A stretch of 64,000 nucleotides of DNA from Holosporales bacterium (GTDB lineage Bacteria; Pseudomonadota; Alphaproteobacteria; Holosporales; CAZGKG01), in NCBI GenBank assembly GCA_044361745.1, contig JBIKIF010000001.1, positions 160,557 through 224,556 of the forward strand, given 5' to 3'. A program made the translations under genes and the position numbers. The notes below the pieces were generated by a model. The model was not told where the DNA came from, did not search any database, and worked only from the letters and a program-made list of their open reading frames with translations. Each line of letters begins with the position of its first letter. The stretch's first letter is position 1. This document shows, piece after piece, positions 11,629-20,839 of the stretch.

Positions 11629-11881
11629 ATGGTTGCCCTTATTCGTCATTTCTGTTCGGCCAGAAAGACGCCTGCTTGTTTGTTTCAAATGGAGCATCTG
11701 ACAAAGGCGCGACCTTGCGAAGACACTGACAGGTGCCATTTTACGGGAATGCATCTACACGCGCAATCCCAGATTCCGTTTTTTATTTGACACGTCCTCA
11801 AAAATCCGCTAGGTGGCAGGTTTGAGTTTTGAAATTAATTCAAAAGCATCGTGCCATTGTGATAAGAAAGGACTGTGCCTC

Positions 11882-12208
11882 GTGCCTCAACAAGATCTCG
11901 GACTCCGTCGCCTCTGCCAAGAGTGCCAGACGCGATTCTATGACCTCAAACGTAAGCCGCCCGTGTGCCCGAAATGCAATGCAATCTTTGAAGCCGCTCC
12001 TTTGCTGAAAGGCAAAAAAGGGAAGACGATGAGCCCTAAAGAGGTCACACCCATCATCCCCGCATTTGATTCCCTTGAGGAGCTGGAGTTTGACGTAGAC
12101 GAACCAGATAGCGTTGATGAAGATGTTTTGATTGAAGATGCGGATGATCTGGGGGATGATACAGATATCGTTTCAGGCATCGATCATCACCCTGAGAAAG
12201 AAGGTTAG
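11882..12208 (+). CDS. TIGR02300/FYDLN_acid family protein
   Basis: LGLRRLCQECQTRFYDL..PPVCPKC followed by acidic tail; GTG start at 11882. Confidence 0.88.
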   Translation: MPQQDLGLRRLCQECQTRFYDLKRKPPVCPKCNAIFEAAPLLKGKKGKTMSPKEVTPIIPAFDSLEELEFDVDEPDSVDEDVLIEDADDLGDDTDIVSGIDHHPEKEG

Positions 12209-12211
12209 CGA

Positions 12212-13234
12212 GTGCCCAACTGCCAAAGAACAGTCTATGACGTCGCTATTATTGGTGCAGGTCCGGTGGGACTCTTCAGCGTCTTTACCTGTGGGATGAT
12301 GGGGCTCAAGGCTCACGTGATTGATACGCTGGAAACCCTGGGGGGGCAGTGCACTGCCCTCTATCCTGAAAAACCTATTTACGACATTCCAGCTTTCCCA
12401 AGTCTAACAGCTGGTCAATTGATTGAAAACCTCACCCAGCAGGCCACCCCTTTTGGCCCCACCTATACCCTGGGTCAGAAGGTCTCAAAGCTGGTGCAGA
12501 CAACCAATCACACATGGCTTTTGGAAACAGATCAAGGCACTAAGATCGAGGCTAAGGCCGTCATCATTGCAGCAGGCGCAGGCGCGTTTGGGCCCAATCG
12601 CCCCCCTCTTGAAGATATCGAGCTGTTTGAAAGCACCCATGTCTTTTACCACGTCACCCACAAGGAGCGGTTTCGTGGTAAACGTGTTGTGATCGCCGGT
12701 GGCGGCGACTCGGCGGTTGACTGGGCCATTTTGCTTGCAGACATTGCGTCAAAAGTTTGGGTCGTGCATCGGCGCCCTCAGTTTCGGGCCTCCCCTGAGA
12801 GTCTTCACCAACTCAAACAGTGCTCTGATGCGGGCACAATTGAAATGGTGATTCCGTACCAGCTGGCACGTTTAGAGGGATCTGACGGTGCCCTCACGGC
12901 TGTGCACGTCCGTACTTTGGCAGGAGAGGAGCGCTCTTTAAACGCAGATATTCTTCTTCCTTTCTTTGGGCTGTCCTATGATTTGGGCCCATTGGCCACA
13001 TGGAATCTGACGCTCGAGCACAAACATATTCAAACCAACCCGGCCACCTGCGAAACCAATCTTCCGGGAATCTATGCCGTTGGTGATATTGCTACCTATC
13101 CCCATAAACGCAAACTCATTTTATGTGGCTTTGCAGAAGCTGCCCAAGCGGCTCAAGCCATTCGAAGTTACCTGTTCCCAGAGCACGTATTCCATTTCGA
13201 ATATTCAACCACCAGCGGAATTCCAAAACTCTAA
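12212..13234 (+). CDS. ferredoxin--NADP reductase (TrxB/YumC-like)
   Basis: IIGAGPVG, GGQCTALYPEKPIYDIP, GGGDSAVDWA, YPHKRKLILCGFAEAA. Confidence 0.92.
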   Translation: MPNCQRTVYDVAIIGAGPVGLFSVFTCGMMGLKAHVIDTLETLGGQCTALYPEKPIYDIPAFPSLTAGQLIENLTQQATPFGPTYTLGQKVSKLVQTTNHTWLLETDQGTKIEAKAVIIAAGAGAFGPNRPPLEDIELFESTHVFYHVTHKERFRGKRVVIAGGGDSAVDWAILLADIASKVWVVHRRPQFRASPESLHQLKQCSDAGTIEMVIPYQLARLEGSDGALTAVHVRTLAGEERSLNADILLPFFGLSYDLGPLATWNLTLEHKHIQTNPATCETNLPGIYAVGDIATYPHKRKLILCGFAEAAQAAQAIRSYLFPEHVFHFEYSTTSGIPKL

Positions 13235-13302
13235 GTTCTGTGTAGAAATTTTTTTGAGAGTTCCAAGGTTTTGTGGACGGGTATAGCCTCCATTGAGATT
13301 TT

Positions 13303-13872
13303 TTAAGTGTTCCCGACAACCTCAGACAACATAATCTCCTGAATCCCCAGACGGGAGAAAGCTTTGCCCCATTTTTGATGGGAATGGGTCTGAAAAATGA
13401 TGTCCTCATCTGGCTCGATCGGAAGCCATACATTATCTTGGAGTTCACTGTCCAATTGGCCGGGGCCCCAGCCGACATAGCCGAGAAGGAGAAGAAAATG
13501 ACGCGGCCCTTCTCCGTGTGCGATGGTAGATAAAATATCAATTGTGGCTGTAATTGCCAATCCGTAGCCAAGGGTGAGGGTATTTTCCGTTTGATAGTCC
13601 GTCGTATGGAGAACGAATCCCCGACCTTCTTCAACAGGCCCTCCTCCGTACACAGGATCGAAAGAGCATGCTGCTTCAGAAGACAGCCCCATCTGCTCCA
13701 TTAAGTTCTGAATCGTCAAATCATGAATCGGTTGGTTCAGAATAAGACCCATAGCCCCCTTTTCGTCATGTCCACACACAAGAATGAGGCTTTTGCGCAG
13801 ATAACTATCATCCGTATAGGGCATGGCAACTAGCAAACGACCTGTCAGGTAGCCTTTCAAGTGTGCAATCAT
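13303..13872 (-). CDS. YqgE/AlgH family protein
   Basis: LLVAMP, GAMGLILNQP, YGGGPVEEGRGFVLH, LGYVGWGPGQLDSE. Confidence 0.93.
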   Translation of the reverse strand: MIAHLKGYLTGRLLVAMPYTDDSYLRKSLILVCGHDEKGAMGLILNQPIHDLTIQNLMEQMGLSSEAACSFDPVYGGGPVEEGRGFVLHTTDYQTENTLTLGYGLAITATIDILSTIAHGEGPRHFLLLLGYVGWGPGQLDSELQDNVWLPIEPDEDIIFQTHSHQKWGKAFSRLGIQEIMLSEVVGNT

Positions 13873-13962
13873 CGAAGCTTCCCTAGCCTTTCATTTTGTT
13901 GGTTTTTTCTTTACCCCATTTTTACCCATGATACACTAAAAAACAGTTGTAATATCTGTTGA

Positions 13963-15732
13963 GTGATCAGATTGATTAAACGCTTCATCATGCAGCTGAG
14001 CTGCCTTGTTTTTGTTCTTTTGGGCCAGTGCTCCCAAATATGGGCTGCAACACCCTTTCCATGTAAGGCGACCTTGATCCCGTCCCTTTTTTCTGAGGGG
14101 AAAGGAAAGCTTTTTCTTGTCGTCACTCTTGAAAAGGGATGGAAGTTTTATGCCCCTGCGGCGACTGAAGACTCTCTTCAGTATACGCCCCAATTAACGT
14201 GGAAGGGATCCTCTAACCTGAAGCTGGTCCAAGATTTTTGGCCGGAGGGCAGGTCCGTTATAAACGATGGTTTAACGGGCCATGTCTACACAAATGCTGT
14301 GATTGTTCCCCTGAATGTGCAGTCCCACAAACCAGATCAACCGGTGATTCTGAAGGGAATATTGACAGGTTTGGCGTGTTCTGAGGCCTCCTGCAATCCT
14401 GTGAAGCTGTCTTTGAGTTTTAAACTCCCGGTCAAGGTCGTCCCCTCTGATCCTCAGAAACAAATCGAAGAAATCTTAAAGTCTGCTCTCAGGCCTGACG
14501 CTCCCAAAAAAGAAGGAGTCTCCCTTTGGATGATCATCGCTTTGGGGCTTCTGGGAGGTTTAATTTTAAACGTAATGCCCTGTGTTTTGCCTGTTCTTGG
14601 CATCAAATTGATGGTTTTTGCAAAGGGTCAGCCTGGGGGGAAAAGAGGATTTCAAAGCCATGATTTGTGGATGACGGTCTTTGGAATCTACGCAACCTTT
14701 ATGATTTTTGCCGTGGGAACCCTTATTTTGAAAGGCCTTGGGGAAACCATTGGCTGGGGGATCCACTTTCAAAATCCCTATTTCCTGAGCACAATGGTGG
14801 TGATCCTCATTTTGTTGACGGCCAACACCTGTGGATTCTTTGAACTTGCGGTCCCTGCGGTTGTGCAAAGCCATGCCTCCTTAAAACGCTTTCATCGTTG
14901 GAAACCCTTTTTCTCCGGGGTTCTTTCGGTTTTGCTAGCCACGCCTTGTGCTGCTCCCTTTGTGGGAACCGCTGTTGGGTTTGCTCTTGCGCGCCAGAGT
15001 TTTGATATTTTTTCCGTATTCTCCGCCTTGGCGATTGGGTTCTCTTCCCCCTATTGGGTGACCGCTTTGTTGCCCTCCCATAAGTTGCCTCTTCCAAAGT
15101 CAGGTCCTTGGATTGAAATTTTCCAAAAAAGTTTATCGGTTCTCTTGCTTGCCACTGTGGGATGGCTTGTCTTTTTGCTGAGCTCTGGACGTTCCGAGTC
15201 CTATCTCGGATTGCTGTGTGTGTTGCTGGGACTGACTTTATTCTGTTTTTATGGAATTCATCGGGGGCGTTTATGGTTAAGGTTTGTCCTGTTTCCCACA
15301 TTGATTCTTTTGCTAGGAGCTCCTATGCTCCCAACGCCTTGGGAATCCACCAGCCAGACCTTAAAAACCTCATCGGTTCAGTGGCAACCTTTTATCCCAG
15401 AGTCTATTCCCAGGCTGGTTGCAGAGGGTAAAATTGTTTTTGTTGATCTCACCGCATCCTGGTGCTTGACCTGCCACATGAATAAACAGTTGGTTTTGAG
15501 CCAGCCCTCAGCTGAAGCCTTGCTCCTAGATGTCCAGGTGGTTCCCATGAGGGGGGACTGGACTCATGCGAACCCTCTGATTTCAGATTTTTTGAAAGAA
15601 TTTGAGAGAGCAGGGATTCCCTTTAATGCGGTTTTTGGCCCTGGAGCGCCTGAGGGGCTGATTCTTCCTGAGATCCTCAGTCTGGAGGACGTTCGCAGTG
15701 CAATCCAAAAAGCTCGGGGAAACCAGCCATGA
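13963..15732 (+). CDS. dsbD: DsbD/ScsB family protein-disulfide reductase
   Basis: N-domain CxxxxC, membrane NVMPCVLP and ATPCAAP, thioredoxin TASWCLTC. Confidence 0.9.
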   Translation: MIRLIKRFIMQLSCLVFVLLGQCSQIWAATPFPCKATLIPSLFSEGKGKLFLVVTLEKGWKFYAPAATEDSLQYTPQLTWKGSSNLKLVQDFWPEGRSVINDGLTGHVYTNAVIVPLNVQSHKPDQPVILKGILTGLACSEASCNPVKLSLSFKLPVKVVPSDPQKQIEEILKSALRPDAPKKEGVSLWMIIALGLLGGLILNVMPCVLPVLGIKLMVFAKGQPGGKRGFQSHDLWMTVFGIYATFMIFAVGTLILKGLGETIGWGIHFQNPYFLSTMVVILILLTANTCGFFELAVPAVVQSHASLKRFHRWKPFFSGVLSVLLATPCAAPFVGTAVGFALARQSFDIFSVFSALAIGFSSPYWVTALLPSHKLPLPKSGPWIEIFQKSLSVLLLATVGWLVFLLSSGRSESYLGLLCVLLGLTLFCFYGIHRGRLWLRFVLFPTLILLLGAPMLPTPWESTSQTLKTSSVQWQPFIPESIPRLVAEGKIVFVDLTASWCLTCHMNKQLVLSQPSAEALLLDVQVVPMRGDWTHANPLISDFLKEFERAGIPFNAVFGPGAPEGLILPEILSLEDVRSAIQKARGNQP

Positions 15733-16205
15733 ATCCTTTTGAAAAAACGAATCAGAGCCAGATGTTTTTACCTCCACTGTTTGACCGCTTAACGCTTAAG
15801 GGAACTCAGCTTTTGACGGAGGAAGAGGTGATCAAATCTGTCGGCAGGGAGCTTTCGAAGCTTTTGAATACGCGACTTCGGACAGAGCAGACTGTCACCA
15901 AAATTGATGATGATACAGAGGAGGACCTTGGGTCCTCTTATGCGCTTTCTGATTTTTTTGGCCTGACTGATTTTTCAAGTTTTTCTTTAGGGGACTCTCG
16001 CTCTATCAGATTCTTGGAGGAGCAAATTCAATCGGTCTGTGCTGTTTACGAGCCGCGACTTCTTAATCCCAAAGTGACGTTAAATGAAGGGGAAAAAAAG
16101 GCAGAGTCTTTGTCCCTTGCCATTTCAGGTCAGGTGATGCTTGGTGAAAAAACGATTGAGGTGTCGTTCCCCATCTCTTTACCTGTCGAACCCCAGAAAG
16201 GTTAA
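15729..16205 (+). CDS. tssE: type VI secretion baseplate subunit TssE (gp25-like)
   Basis: PPLFDRL..SVGRELSKLLNTR..FGLTDF..YEPRL pattern. Confidence 0.85.
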   Translation: MNPFEKTNQSQMFLPPLFDRLTLKGTQLLTEEEVIKSVGRELSKLLNTRLRTEQTVTKIDDDTEEDLGSSYALSDFFGLTDFSSFSLGDSRSIRFLEEQIQSVCAVYEPRLLNPKVTLNEGEKKAESLSLAISGQVMLGEKTIEVSFPISLPVEPQKG

Positions 16206-16208
16206 CCC

Positions 16209-17060
16209 ATGCTTTGGCGTATTCAGGGAGAAGCTCCTCTTCCCTTTGCAGAATTGTTTTCAGAAGCTTTAGAACCCTTCTGTCTCTCGACGTCTTTTTA
16301 TGAAAAAGACGATGAGTCCATTTGGTGTTTTATGGGGCTCACGGACTATCAGCCAGATGAGGTCCTCATCACAAATTCTTTGAAAGAGGCTGCCCATAGG
16401 CATGCAGCTGATGTCCCGTCTTGGGAGGTGGCAGAAGTGCCAGAGGTGGATTGGCTTGAGGAAAATTACCGCTCTTTTCCACCCCTGACCCTTGGGTCTC
16501 TGTATCTCTATGGGTCTCACCATGAAGCTCCACCCCCTGGGGTTCATGCGCTCCTCATGGATGCGGCTACGGCTTTTGGATCCGGCCATCACGGAACAAC
16601 AGCGGGATGTTTGAAACTCCTCAGCCAACTTTCTTTGAGTCCGCCTCCGTCTCACATCCTGGATCTTGGGTGTGGGTCTGGGATTTTGGCTATGGCAGCA
16701 GCCCTCCTCTATCCTGAGGCTCAGATTTGGGCTTTTGACAATGACCCTGAAGCTGTGCGCGTAAGTGAAAAAAATATCCAGCGCAATCATCTGAGGGGTC
16801 GCATTCACACAGGCTTGAGCGAAGGATTTCAAAAAATCCAGAAGAGCTCCTTTGATCTCATCCTTGCGAATATCCTTGCAGATCCTTTGATTCATTTAAG
16901 TCAAGCCATCGGGTCTGCCAGCGATCGCGTGATCCTTTCAGGTTATCTCAGTACACAAGCGGAAGATGTCCATGCCGCATACAAGGTTTTAGGGTTTGAC
17001 GTTCAGGACATCCTTCTGGAAGGCCCATGGGTGGCAGCGTTCCTGGCCCGCTCCTTGTAA
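16209..17060 (+). CDS. prmA: ribosomal protein L11 methyltransferase
   Basis: AFGSGHHGTT, LDLGCGSGILA, DNDPEAV, ANILADPL, ILSG. Confidence 0.94.
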   Translation: MLWRIQGEAPLPFAELFSEALEPFCLSTSFYEKDDESIWCFMGLTDYQPDEVLITNSLKEAAHRHAADVPSWEVAEVPEVDWLEENYRSFPPLTLGSLYLYGSHHEAPPPGVHALLMDAATAFGSGHHGTTAGCLKLLSQLSLSPPPSHILDLGCGSGILAMAAALLYPEAQIWAFDNDPEAVRVSEKNIQRNHLRGRIHTGLSEGFQKIQKSSFDLILANILADPLIHLSQAIGSASDRVILSGYLSTQAEDVHAAYKVLGFDVQDILLEGPWVAAFLARSL

Positions 17061-17068
17061 TACCAAGT

Positions 17069-17144
17069 CCCATTTTTAACCAGGATGGCGTGCACGCGCA
17101 GCCAATGTATCTATAGACACGTCATTCCGCCTTCCTGGTCCTGT
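17069..17144. repeat. dispersed 76-bp repeat, copy A
   Basis: ungapped 61/76 identity (manual alignment) to 47608-47683; central palindrome GCGTGCACGC. Confidence 0.8.
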
Positions 17145-17317
17145 GTTGAGTCAATTTTTCCAACGGACAATCTGGTCCGCCGCAAGGTTCAATCTTAAGC
17201 TTTTTTAAGTCAATGCTTGCATTGGCCGGGCTTTCAAAGATAATCTTAAAGGATTCTATATTAAGATAAAAATGTCATGAAGAAAAACGCTGTACATGTG
17301 TACAATCGTGAGGCCGA

Positions 17318-18331
17318 ATGATTTCAGGACCCCTTAAAACTGCGGATGGGCTCCCCAGTCTCGCACAAGTCGCCTCAATCCATTTAGCTGCTCGGGAGGC
17401 CATTCTCAGCGAATCCGAAGCCTGCAAACAACTTGCTAGTGCCCTTCCGGAGGCGTTTGCAGAAAGCGTTCTCTTTCTTTCAAAAATCTGTGGGAAAGTG
17501 GTCACCTCAGGGATTGGGAAAAGTGGCCATATCGCCAGAAAAATTGCCTCAACCCTCTCCTCTACAGGAACACCGTCTTGTTTCTTGCACCCGACAGAAG
17601 CCAGTCATGGGGATCTTGGCTTGCTGACGGCAGAAGATGCTCTGGTTCTGCTCTCCAATTCTGGCGAAACAGACGAGCTCGCACCTCTCATTCAGTACGC
17701 CCATCGGTTTCGAATTCCTCTGATTGCGATTACAAGCAACAAAAAAAGTACCCTTGCAATGGCCTCTAATTGGGTTCTTGATTTTCCTCCCACAAAGGAA
17801 ATCTGCCCCCTTGGATTTGCCCCCACGACTTCAGCGGTTTTGATGTTGGCCCTTGGGGACGCACTTTCCGTGTGCCTTCTGACCCTCAAAGAGTTTAAGA
17901 TCTCAGATTACCATGTCCGCCATCCCGGGGGTCTTCTGGGTCAAAAACTTCTCAAAGCCCAAAATATTATGACGACCCTTGACGCGTCTCCTTTGGTGCC
18001 CCTTGGAACCCCTATGACAGAAGCGCTTCTGGTGATGACATCAAAAGGACGGGGCTGTTTGGGAATTGTAGACCCATCACAAGGTGCCAAACTGGTCGGC
18101 CTGATCACGGATGGAGATCTTCGGAGGCACATGTCTCCAACTCTTCTCCAAAAATCTGTTGACGATGTGATGACGCGTCATCCTCAAACCATCAGCCCTG
18201 ATACCCTTGTCGCTCAAGCCGTGTCTTTCATGAATGAGAACAACATTACAGTTCTTTTTGTTTGTGAAGAGAGCCAAAAACCCTTGGGATTGATCCATCT
18301 CCATGACTGCTTACGCGCAAAAATTTATTAA
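17318..18331 (+). CDS. kdsD: arabinose-5-phosphate isomerase (KpsF/GutQ)
   Basis: SGIGKSGHIARK, EASHGDLG, APTTS, HPGG, CBS pair. Confidence 0.94.
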   Translation: MISGPLKTADGLPSLAQVASIHLAAREAILSESEACKQLASALPEAFAESVLFLSKICGKVVTSGIGKSGHIARKIASTLSSTGTPSCFLHPTEASHGDLGLLTAEDALVLLSNSGETDELAPLIQYAHRFRIPLIAITSNKKSTLAMASNWVLDFPPTKEICPLGFAPTTSAVLMLALGDALSVCLLTLKEFKISDYHVRHPGGLLGQKLLKAQNIMTTLDASPLVPLGTPMTEALLVMTSKGRGCLGIVDPSQGAKLVGLITDGDLRRHMSPTLLQKSVDDVMTRHPQTISPDTLVAQAVSFMNENNITVLFVCEESQKPLGLIHLHDCLRAKIY

Positions 18332-18350
18332 TTTTTAAAAGGATAGTGAT

Positions 18351-18965
18351 TTGATCGACGAAAACACAGCAATCCCCAGAAAGACCCTCACGATGGCGTC
18401 GATCCGTTCCTATCAGGTTTTTGTGCAGATCGCACGATTGGGATTGATTTTGGCGTTTTGTGGCTTTTTTGTTGCATTGGTTGGACTGCCTTCTTTTTTT
18501 CGCCCGACCTCATCGGAACGCACTCTTCTGAATGCCCAGGCAGCGCCTCAACTGAGCAATAGAATTAAAAAGATCACCTATCAGTCAATTCACAAAAATA
18601 ATCCTTATAGCCTGACAGCTAAAGAAGCCAAAGCTTACGGCGAAACCCATCTTGATTTAAGAGATGTCTCTGGAACACTTCAGCACCCGGTCAATCCAAT
18701 CAAAGTCCAATCAGACCATGGCCACTATAGTCAAGATAATGGAACAGTCATTCTTCAAAAAAATGTTCACTTGAGCACAAAAAATGGTTACGAACTCAAG
18801 ACTCCCCAAGCAACAGTTGATTTAAATAATCGCCAGCTCTCAGGGGATCAAGGTGTGTCTGGTTCAGGACCCCTTGGGACTTTGAAAGGACAAGCGTTTA
18901 ACGTCACAGAGCAAGGACATATCCGCCTTCAGGGCAAACCGTCTTTGACCATTCACCTCGGATGA
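18351..18965 (+). CDS. lptC: LPS export protein LptC
   Basis: single N-terminal TM plus beta-jellyroll-like region; position kdsD-lptC-lptA-lptB. Confidence 0.8.
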   Translation: MIDENTAIPRKTLTMASIRSYQVFVQIARLGLILAFCGFFVALVGLPSFFRPTSSERTLLNAQAAPQLSNRIKKITYQSIHKNNPYSLTAKEAKAYGETHLDLRDVSGTLQHPVNPIKVQSDHGHYSQDNGTVILQKNVHLSTKNGYELKTPQATVDLNNRQLSGDQGVSGSGPLGTLKGQAFNVTEQGHIRLQGKPSLTIHLG

Positions 18966-19816
18966 AAAAGTCTTCTTTTCTGATTGTTTACCTCATGGTG
19001 TGCTTCGAGGTTTCTGCCAACCCTTTGGGGAAGGGAGAGCTCCATATTACAGCGGACCATCAAATTGTGTGTGATCAAAAAGAAAATATGTGCTTGGCAG
19101 AGGGAAAAGCTTTTGCCCAAAAAGGAGCTCTCACAGTCCGTGGAGACATTCTCAAAGTGTTCTTTGAGTCCCCCTCTGGCCCATCAGACGGAACAACCAC
19201 CCAACGTAAGCCGATACGACTTGAAGTCAGGGGGCACGCACACATCACCCATGAGGGTTACATGTCCCATTCCAGCGACGCTGTCTATGATCTTGTGACA
19301 GGCCTGATCACACTTTCCGGCTCCCCCCGCATGCAAACCAAGTCCATGACTCTCTCCACTCAAGGGTCCCTTCAAATCTTTGAAAAAGAAAGGCGCGGTG
19401 TGGCCCATAACGCGGTTTTTCATGAAAAAGAAAAAAACTATAGGATGCGCTCCAACAAACTGATTGTTCATTTCGACGAATCCTCAAAAAATATCCATAG
19501 AATACGAACAGCAGAAGGCGTGGGGGATGTGCTCATTGCCTCACCAACCCGAACCATCAAAGCAGAAAAAGCCCTGTATGATGTGAACAGCAATACGGTC
19601 ACTCTCAGAAAAAATGTTGTTGCTGTTCAGGGGCAAAATATCATGAAGGGAGATTATGCGATCGCAGACCTCACCAAGGAGGAGGTGCGCATTCTCGCAG
19701 AAGATCCAACAAATCAACGTTCTCAAGCGCACTTAAGACAAACACCTCACCGGGTCAAAGCCATTTTTGTTTTAAAGGATTTGCAATCCTCTTTGGCGAC
19801 TGCTAAGGCTAAGTAA
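18962..19816 (+). CDS. lptA: LptA/OstA family protein
   Basis: signal peptide, tandem OstA-like segments, synteny with lptB. Confidence 0.8.
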   Translation: MKKSSFLIVYLMVCFEVSANPLGKGELHITADHQIVCDQKENMCLAEGKAFAQKGALTVRGDILKVFFESPSGPSDGTTTQRKPIRLEVRGHAHITHEGYMSHSSDAVYDLVTGLITLSGSPRMQTKSMTLSTQGSLQIFEKERRGVAHNAVFHEKEKNYRMRSNKLIVHFDESSKNIHRIRTAEGVGDVLIASPTRTIKAEKALYDVNSNTVTLRKNVVAVQGQNIMKGDYAIADLTKEEVRILAEDPTNQRSQAHLRQTPHRVKAIFVLKDLQSSLATAKAK

Positions 19817-19833
19817 ACTCAAAAAGGATCCCC

Positions 19834-20580
19834 ATGCGTTCCCACACTCGCCGTCATCGTACTGTTCTTAAAGCCAAAGGGTTGCAGAAATCTTACAAGG
19901 GACGTTTTGTGGTCAACGGTGTGCACCTGGCCCTCTACAAAGGGGAAGCGGTGGGTCTTCTCGGTCCCAATGGTGCAGGCAAAACAACGTGTTTTGGTTT
20001 GATGAGCGGCCTGTTAGCCCCTGACGCCGGAAGCGTTTTCTTTAACCGTGCCGACATCACCAACCTTCCCATGTATATGCGCGCCAAGCTGGGGATTCGT
20101 TATCTCCCTCAAGAAGCCTCTATTTTTAGGGGGCTGACGGTTGAGCAAAACATTCTGGCGGTTCTGGAGCTGGTGGAGGCCGACAAAGATGCCCGCCAAG
20201 AATCCCTGCAAACCCTACTCGATGAATTTGATCTCAATAAAATTCGAAAATCCCAAGCGACTGCGTTGTCAGGAGGAGAACGAAGACGGGTTGAAATCGC
20301 CCGTGCCCTTGTGGGAGACCCAGATTTTATTTTCTTAGACGAGCCCTTGGCTGGTGTAGATCCTAAAGCGGTTCGGGATATTAAAAATCTGATCGCTCAT
20401 TTAAAGGACAGGAGCGTTGGTATTGTGATCACAGATCATAATGTTCGGGAAACCCTTGATATCGTTGATCGTGTTTATATTATGAGCGAAGGGCAAGTGC
20501 TGAAAGAGGGAACACCGGAAGAAATCATTCACGATCCTCTCGTCCGCTCCATTTATCTGGGGGAAGAGTTTAGATTTTGA
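19834..20580 (+). CDS. lptB: LPS export ABC ATPase
   Basis: GPNGAGKTT, YLPQEASIFR, LSGGERRRVEIAR, ITDHNVRETL, YLGEEF. Confidence 0.96.
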   Translation: MRSHTRRHRTVLKAKGLQKSYKGRFVVNGVHLALYKGEAVGLLGPNGAGKTTCFGLMSGLLAPDAGSVFFNRADITNLPMYMRAKLGIRYLPQEASIFRGLTVEQNILAVLELVEADKDARQESLQTLLDEFDLNKIRKSQATALSGGERRRVEIARALVGDPDFIFLDEPLAGVDPKAVRDIKNLIAHLKDRSVGIVITDHNVRETLDIVDRVYIMSEGQVLKEGTPEEIIHDPLVRSIYLGEEFRF

Positions 20581-20698
20581 GACGCAAGCTTCGGTCCGTT
20601 GTCATGGGACAGGTCAGTCATTCTAAAAACGAGAAAATAGCCTTTTCAGTGGGACAGAAACGCGGTAGAATGCCCTCTAAAAGGGCTGAGGAGCCATC

Positions 20699-20794
20699 AT
20701 GAGACGCTTAGTCCCCCAGGATTTCTATTTACTCATTGCTTTGACTTTTTGTTTTGCGTTATTTTTGTATTATTTCTTTTTTATTTTTTCTTGA
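20699..20794 (+). CDS. putative 31-aa membrane microprotein
   Basis: GAGGAG 5 nt before ATG; MRRLVPQDFYLLIALTFCFALFLYYFFFIFS; TAGAAT upstream; below ORF-track cutoff. Confidence 0.5.
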   Translation: MRRLVPQDFYLLIALTFCFALFLYYFFFIFS

Positions 20795-20839
20795 GTTGAC
20801 CATAATAGCCCCGAGTGGGTGTTGATAGGATGCTTTGGT

